Shown: positions 57,770-64,000 of the stretch, in pieces
Position numbering within the stretch: position 1 is the stretch's first letter
Layout: every line of letters starts with the position of its first letter
From: Nemertoderma westbladi
Lineage: Eukaryota > Animalia > Xenacoelomorpha
Assembly (NCBI GenBank): GCA_032718475.1
Contig: JAUCBJ010003673.1
Coordinates: 3,246 to 67,245, forward strand
Reading direction: 5' to 3'
Length of the DNA stretch: 64,000 bases
Position numbers and translations under genes: made by a program
The notes under the pieces: generated by a model
Databases searched by the model: none
The model's input: only the letters and a program-made list of their open reading frames with translations
Told to the model about the DNA's origin: nothing

Positions 57770-58400
57770 CTATTGTTTTCAATTTTCAATTTTATTTCAA
57801 TCATATGCTACGAAATTTGGTGGTGTGATGATAGTTCGATACCTTTTCGTATTGCTTGGCTGGTCCGATTTTTCAGTTTACAAGGTATTTAGCTACAAGC
57901 CTTTATGTATTTAGCAATATTTAACCACCTCTGTCGGCTTGATTCTTCGAATTTGGAATTTAGAACCACTTTCGTCTGGAGATTCCGATTCTGAAAACAG
58001 TTTTCAATTTCACAAATAACTTTCGGAGATATTGTCATGGCCATCTATAGTACTATAGTATGCAACAATAAAAGCTGCGGAGCAATTTTATAAAATTTTT
58101 GCTACCGAAGATAGTTCTTTACATTTTAGTCCTGTCAAAAAGGGGGAATAACCCGAAATTAATCGGAATTGGCATGGATTTCACATAGCAACAAGGTGGT
58201 TCTTTTGTTTGGTTAGTGTAGCAAATTTAGGTAGAATTTCTATGAATAAATATATGATCCGCAAAATAAATTTTTATAGACTTTTTGGGCATTTAAAAGG
58301 TAATATATAATGTAAAAAATGTGTTTCGGATTGATTGGTAATTACTTTTGGGTTTTATGCTAGATTGACTCGACTAGTTTACAAATTTCGCAAACCATAT
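57770..58400. mobile_element. Degenerate DNA-transposon/foldback family fragment
   Basis: 58230-58380 matches 62930-63075 (direct) and 61780-61905 (inverted); 57775-57990 matches 63090-63330 (inverted). Confidence 0.6.
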
Positions 58401-58933
58401 ATTTTAATTTTCATGAAAAGTTGTAAGATCCCTAGAAGAGATAGAACATTTAAATTTTCTTCAAGTCATTTTGTTAAATAGCATATTTTTGTATTCAGGG
58501 CAAGTTTATCGAAACATGTAGAGCGTATTTATGTGGAACGATAATCCATTTGATTTAGATCCCGTAAAGCCAAAATTTATTTAAATCGTTAAGGTGCTGA
58601 TAATAATAACAGTTTTATACAGGTTTTCAGGGTCGCTGAAACGAAACGAATCACTTTGAAAATATCTACATTCTACAGGGGTGTGACGTAATACTGGAGC
58701 TATTATTTTTATGGTGACACATTGTGGAAATGGTTGAGAGGCGTTTTGGCGCTGAAGAATTGAATATGAACTTTGAAATTTACATTAGTAATAAAACATT
58801 GTATATAATGTTGACATAAAAGTCCTTTTAGGTTTTGAGGCAATATTCTGAATCAGTTCATAAAATCACAACGATGTCAAAATGTTTAAACGATCATCGT
58901 TAATAAAGTTTAATTAATTAAATAACCGTTTTT

Positions 58934-59980
58934 CTATTTAGTTTTATTCCGTTTAGATCCGGGTACAGGGGGACGGGCGAGAGTAAAGGGGCCGGAGCTT
59001 TGGGGGGGAGAAAAAGCAACGTTGGGAGCACCGAGGGAGGGGAGCGCAGAGAGGGGAGCTGCTCGAGGGGCAGTGGGGGGAATCATGGAGGGGGCGGCGC
59101 CGTGGAGGGTGTAGGGGGCCGGGAGGAAGGTGCGGTCGACGGGTTGGGGGGCGGTGTCCAGGGTGGTTGGGAACGGTGTCGGACCCACCTGGGGGTTGGG
59201 GAGTCGCGGTCGACTCACCCGGGACTCGCCGGTGAAACAATCCCGCCCGTCCCGGTAAACGCGTCGACGGAAGTCCCGGTAGGCGTCCCGCACGCCGTCC
59301 GCTGATTGGTGGGTCTCTTGGAGTCTACTCGCCGTCGCCAGGAAGCTCGCGTGGAGTTTCCGCATGGCGACGGCCAGATCGTCCGGCCGCATCTCGTGGT
59401 TCGAATCCCCGGTGCCCAGATGCTTCTCGAGCACGGCGACTTGCCGGGAATATTCTTCGACTTTCTGCTCGAACTGCTGCAGCAAGGCGGCGAAGTATTC
59501 CGCTGATTCCGGCACGTCCCGGGAGTGGGAACACAACTCGGCGTAGCGGAGCTCCGAAAGGAGACGATTCCGCGCCGAAGTAACCGCGAGTTTATTCCGT
59601 TGTATAAGCGTGCCGAGTCCGACCAGCTGTTGCCGCAATGCGTCGCATTCGCCGCTGACGCTGTTTAACTCTTTACGCGAGGAGCGTCGCAAGTCGTCGC
59701 AGTTCGATTTCTGCTGTTTAATAAAGCCGTTAGTTTCGTTCACAACTGCGAGAAGTTCTGCCGGTACGGCTGTGTCCTTCACCGCTGGCGCAGCTGTGCC
59801 GGACTGACTGCTACCGGTGCCGGAAGTTGTCGCAGCAACGTCGGTTCCGCCCAGACCCCGGAACGCTGTTGGTTGTTGCTGAGCAACCGATGTGGATAAG
59901 TTGATGGAAGTCGACGATGGTTGCTGGGATACAGAAGTTCCGAAGATTCCACTCGATGGATTCACAAATGTTAGCGACAT
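58934..59980 (-). CDS. NUP58: Nucleoporin NUP58/NUP45-like, 348 aa, single ORF
   Basis: S/T-rich head with GIFG and GLGG, AVKDTAVPAEL..FIKQQK coiled coil, LHASFLATASRLQETH, YRDFRRRVYRDGRDCF, GPTPF, and a C-terminal PFTLARPPVPGSKRNK like the NUP58 end. Confidence 0.8.
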   Translation of the reverse strand: MSLTFVNPSSGIFGTSVSQQPSSTSINLSTSVAQQQPTAFRGLGGTDVAATTSGTGSSQSGTAAPAVKDTAVPAELLAVVNETNGFIKQQKSNCDDLRRSSRKELNSVSGECDALRQQLVGLGTLIQRNKLAVTSARNRLLSELRYAELCSHSRDVPESAEYFAALLQQFEQKVEEYSRQVAVLEKHLGTGDSNHEMRPDDLAVAMRKLHASFLATASRLQETHQSADGVRDAYRDFRRRVYRDGRDCFTGESRVSRPRLPNPQVGPTPFPTTLDTAPQPVDRTFLPAPYTLHGAAPSMIPPTAPRAAPLSALPSLGAPNVAFSPPQSSGPFTLARPPVPGSKRNKTK

Positions 59981-60049
59981 ATTTCAGTATTTATACAGTT
60001 AAGTTCAGAAGTTAGGCTATATACAGATATATCTGATATCACGTACCGG

Positions 60050-60547
60050 CCAGGCTGCAAACCACCACTGAACGTGAACCGCGCACAACGCCTGCGCACA
60101 ATTTTTCAGCCGCGCAATATGTGAATATTGGACAATATACCGCACATGCACCGAAAAAAACGCGCACACCCCATTTAAAAAAAAAAAAGTAAAAACATAC
60201 ACGAGCGAAGCGAGCAAAATTTTTTCAGTAACAATGCTGCAATGCAAAATGAAAAAGAAACTCGAGTAAAACTCATGAAGTGAATGAAATTTAGACATTT
60301 GAGCAATCTGACAATGCAAAATGAAAAGAAACGCGAGCGAAGCGAGCGAAATTTTTTGTGGCAAATTATTTTTCTCACTTTGCATGCATGTGAACTTTTT
60401 TACACCTCATCCGCCTGTCCGCGCACTTTATATGTTATACTTTTGATATTTTGCACATATTACTGCGCACTTTTATTGTCTCTCACATACTGACAGTCAA
60501 ATACGCGCACAACGCGTTGCGATTTTTGCACTTCATTTGCAGCCTGG
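60050..60547. mobile_element. hAT-type MITE, 498 bp
   Basis: 12-bp TIR CCAGGCTGCAAA / TTTGCAGCCTGG and 8-bp TSD CGTACCGG (60042-60049, 60548-60555). Confidence 0.9.
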
Positions 60548-61039
60548 CGTACCGGTATCCTGTATCAGCAGGCAGGCAGGCCTATGCTAGGCTAGAGTCT
60601 ACACGAATGTACCGAGAAAAGTAAGACTAGAGAACCTGTGTTGGTCTGCAGTCTGTTGGTAACCACGCAATAACATAATAATTTGCACTCCAGCCTACCG
60701 CAGAGCTGTATGATAATATTTATGAATAGTACATTTTCATTGGACACTTAGGTAACGCTATCAAAATTAAAAAATCAATATGAAAGAATCTCAACTGATT
60801 TGTGATAAACAGGGCACCAAACTGTTGTTTGTATTCTCAATTTTAATGTCGGCACTTGCCTTTTGCCTATCAAACAAGACAATTTTGTTTGTCAGCTAGT
60901 GCGGATATTGATTGTGTCGTATTATAATACATTACATTAATTGTCTTTATTATAGGATATTTATTATTATTCAGTTTGAGACTTTAATAAAACTCTCCAT
61001 CTTATTTCTTCCTTACGCGTAATTAATATTCTAGAATTG

Positions 61040-61690
61040 AGTAAAAAAGTAGAACTTTTTTTCATTATTCTCGAGGCATGGCCCGAGCCCGAGCGCAGGC
61101 GAGGTTAATAAATGGTCGAGAGAATAATTGAAAAAAAAATGTTCTACGTTTTTTCCCATGTACAGTAATACGTAATTTTATTCTTAAATTGGTACTTTTT
61201 ATTGCTCAATTCTTTAATAAAACAGAGCGATAAAGGTATACAGTACAGTTAGTGCTACAAAATAAATTGAACTACATATATTATTTTACTATATTGCTTC
61301 TTACTGCGATTTAAATTTCTGTACTATTCAACTCCTGATGCTTCTTTACTCAATGTTAAAATTATTTCGTGTTCTCGAATATTTATTACGTAACTAGAGA
61401 GCCGCTTAACAACATAAACCAATATTGAATATTGAGTTCCGTTTTGGTGTACGCCGAGCAGACACTAAAGTTGCAATAACCTTTGAGTGTGTTAATGGAT
61501 TTTGCTGAAATTACTTCCAAACCTTTTCTACGTCGATGCTCTTTGAACACATGTAATAAAATTTAAGAAATTTAACCAAAAATATTTTATTTTACTTTTT
61601 TCGCCGGAAAAAGAAGTAAAATCAATGCAATCTTATGGGTTACTTTTCTCCCGATTTTGGGGTATATTCGAGCGAAAAAGTAACAATTTA
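61040..61690 (+). mobile_element. Uninterrupted copy of the dispersed repeat at 15875-17260
   Basis: Collinear reverse-complement match that lacks the tRNA-like tandem insert. Confidence 0.75.
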
Positions 61691-61759
61691 AGAATAAACA
61701 TTATAATTATAGCGATTTGCGTCTCAAAAGTTACATCTTAGTATTTTGAGAATATCTTT

Positions 61760-63335
61760 GGCAATTTTATAGGCGAGTCAATCTAGCCGAAAAAGGGGGT
61801 CAACCCATAACAAATTCGCAATTCATCCAAACCAATTTTTTGTTATTCTACATTACCTTGGTAATACCCCCAAAAAAGTCTATAAAAATATATTATGCGG
61901 ATCACCTTCAATTTCCTGTTTCTTTTCTTAGCAACATGGATTTTACATAGCAACAAGGGGTCTACTGGTGGGATTTTCTCAAAATTTGGTACAGACAAAC
62001 TTTACTCTAATGACTATCGATTGACTAAAGTATGCACTTCTACATAGTTACCAATTTAGTTTCCAGAGCAACGGGAATTTGTCTAATAATTTCACCATTT
62101 TTAATACCAATCTTGCTGGTACAATATAAGGACCTTATTTACACAACCTCTCTACTAAACAGGTGGATGTTGTAACCTCGCCCATCGGATTTATCGACCT
62201 CAAAAACCTGTATCTCCAAAAAATTTATTTGTTATATGATAAACTATTGTGGTTTCTAAACTAAAACAAATAAATAAATTACGCCTAAAATCAATAGAGT
62301 AATCACAATTTAATTATGTGAAAAATCTTCATTAACATTAATGGAAATTATGAAATTTCCTTGCAGTGGAATTGTATAATTTTTTTACAACGGTTACCTT
62401 AATATATCGTGAAGTTTTTGATATATTTAAAAATTTGATGCGACTTCTAGTTTCCGAGATATAGCAATTAATGAATGGGAGAATCTTTTAGGCTCGTTAA
62501 GCCAAGGAATGCCTGTTCACCACCATGGGTGATCTTCCACAGGAAACCCTTCCAATCTGTTTCCCAAGTTGCCTTGGTTCCCATTTATCGACCACTGAAG
62601 GATGAAAGCCGGGGTTGGGCTAGGCTGCAGCATTTAAAGCACTGTGCCCAAACAGTGCTGCCCCATCTAGGGATCGAACCCGGGCTCCCTAATCGGAAGC
62701 ACAGTAATGTCACCACTATACCAAGCTGCTGCTTGGTCTAGTGGTGATTATAAATAATAAATAATAATATATAGCAATTAATGTGTAACACGCCAGTGTA
62801 AATATTACTAATTTCCCATTGAATCACAGCTTATTGTGAAATTAATGAAATTATTCTGGAACATCACTAATTTGCTTCTTACTTTTCCCTACTGTTCCTT
62901 TTGTTTGGCTTGTCTTATGCAAATTTACGCAGAATTTCCATGAATAAACATATGATCCGCAAAATAAAATCTTATAGACTTTTTTTGGTCATTAATAAGG
63001 TAATATAGAATTCAAAATGTGTGGTTCGGATTGATTGCGAAATACTTATGGGTTTTTTGCTAGATTGACTCGACTATTTGGTGAAATTTAAAACGGTTCT
63101 CAGATTCTGAATCTGCAGTTAAATGCGGTTCTAATGTTATCTAGAATACATTCTAAAGACGAGAAATAAAGCCGACTGAGGTGGCTCAATATTGCCAAAT
63201 AGACGATTTTTAACGGCTAGTTGTATCGAAATAGCTCATAAATTTAAAAATCTGGTTCTGCCAGCAGTAACAAAAATTGTCGAACTATCATCATACCTAA
63301 TTTCGATAGCATTAGATTGAAATTTGAAAAACATT
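61760..63335. mobile_element. Degenerate foldback/TIR element fragments
   Basis: 61780-61905 is inverted relative to 62950-63075. Related to 57770-58400. Confidence 0.55.
62474..62768 (-). mobile_element. tRNA-derived SINE, family B
   Basis: Minus strand A box TGGTATAGTGG, B box GGTTCGATCCC and core GGCTTTCATCCTTCAGTGGTCGATAAATG. 15-bp TSD ATATAGCAATTAATG (62459-62473, 62769-62783). Confidence 0.85.
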
Positions 63336-64000
63336 AAGGGGGGGGGGGGGGGGGGGGGGGTCCGATTTGCGAAAAAATGGTTGTGTTAAGGGAGATGGTG
63401 TAGCTTAGTGATAAATATATTCTAGAAATTTTGTTATTTTTGCAGGCAGAAATAAGTGTTGCTAGTAACTGTATCATAAATGCGATCTAAACGCTGTTAG
63501 ATTTGGAATAATCACTATATTTTAGGAAAATTACGTAGATTTGTAAAGTATGTAGTAGTTTTCGATTTAGATTTAGAAGAACACTGTTAAGAAGTACAGT
63601 ATTTGGAATGCAGATACAGAATGTTTTTAGGGTGCCGTACTGGTGTGTTATAGATATACCCTTCTAAAATCTAAAATCCTACTAAAATCTTTATTATAGC
63701 TAGTTTTGGCTATATTTTTTGGAGATGTTTTTGAACATCTTAGTAATTATTTAGCACAAAAACATATGTTCTAGAACTATTACCGGTACATTTTGTATTA
63801 CAGAACGAAGTTTATAAAAGCTTAAAAAATATGTTTTTATTAATTACATCATTTTACACATGTTTTATCAATGACAGTTGCATGACACGGTAATAACATT
63901 TTCTAGAACGTTTGAAAAGCTAAATGTATTTCTATCATTTATCAATACGAAAATTATTATTGGTACATTCATTTTTAAATAATTAAATAAAGAAGCTGCC

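Noticed and set aside
59000-59807. Short antisense or overlapping ORFs within NUP58 (and similar ones inside the RhoGEF, TSSK, lamin and gag ORFs)
   Set aside because: Shadow ORFs of real coding sequence with no recognisable motifs.

Overview
Animal (invertebrate-type) nuclear DNA that is AT-rich and dense in repeats. It holds five host genes that each read as a single uninterrupted ORF (ARHGEF10-like RhoGEF, FAM8A1, a TSSK-family kinase, a B-type lamin, a NUP58-like nucleoporin), three tandem satellites (32, 16 and 31 bp units), two solo LTRs, tRNA-derived SINEs and several TIR/MITE elements. The centre is a three-level nest: a 16.2-kb BEL/Pao-type LTR element (minus strand, 28933-45129) inside an RTE-like LINE, which is inside a second LINE. 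That LTR element is the most unusual object. Its in-frame Gag-protease-integrase polyprotein has no recognisable RT or RNase H. It carries an extra ~1240-aa ORF with a DEDDy-type 3'-5' exonuclease-like domain plus CCHC knuckles. It also has eight dispersed copies of a 20-nt stem-loop motif, a tRNA-derived Pol III cassette in each LTR, and non-canonical termini with no TSD. All calls were made by eye from motifs; no searches were run.
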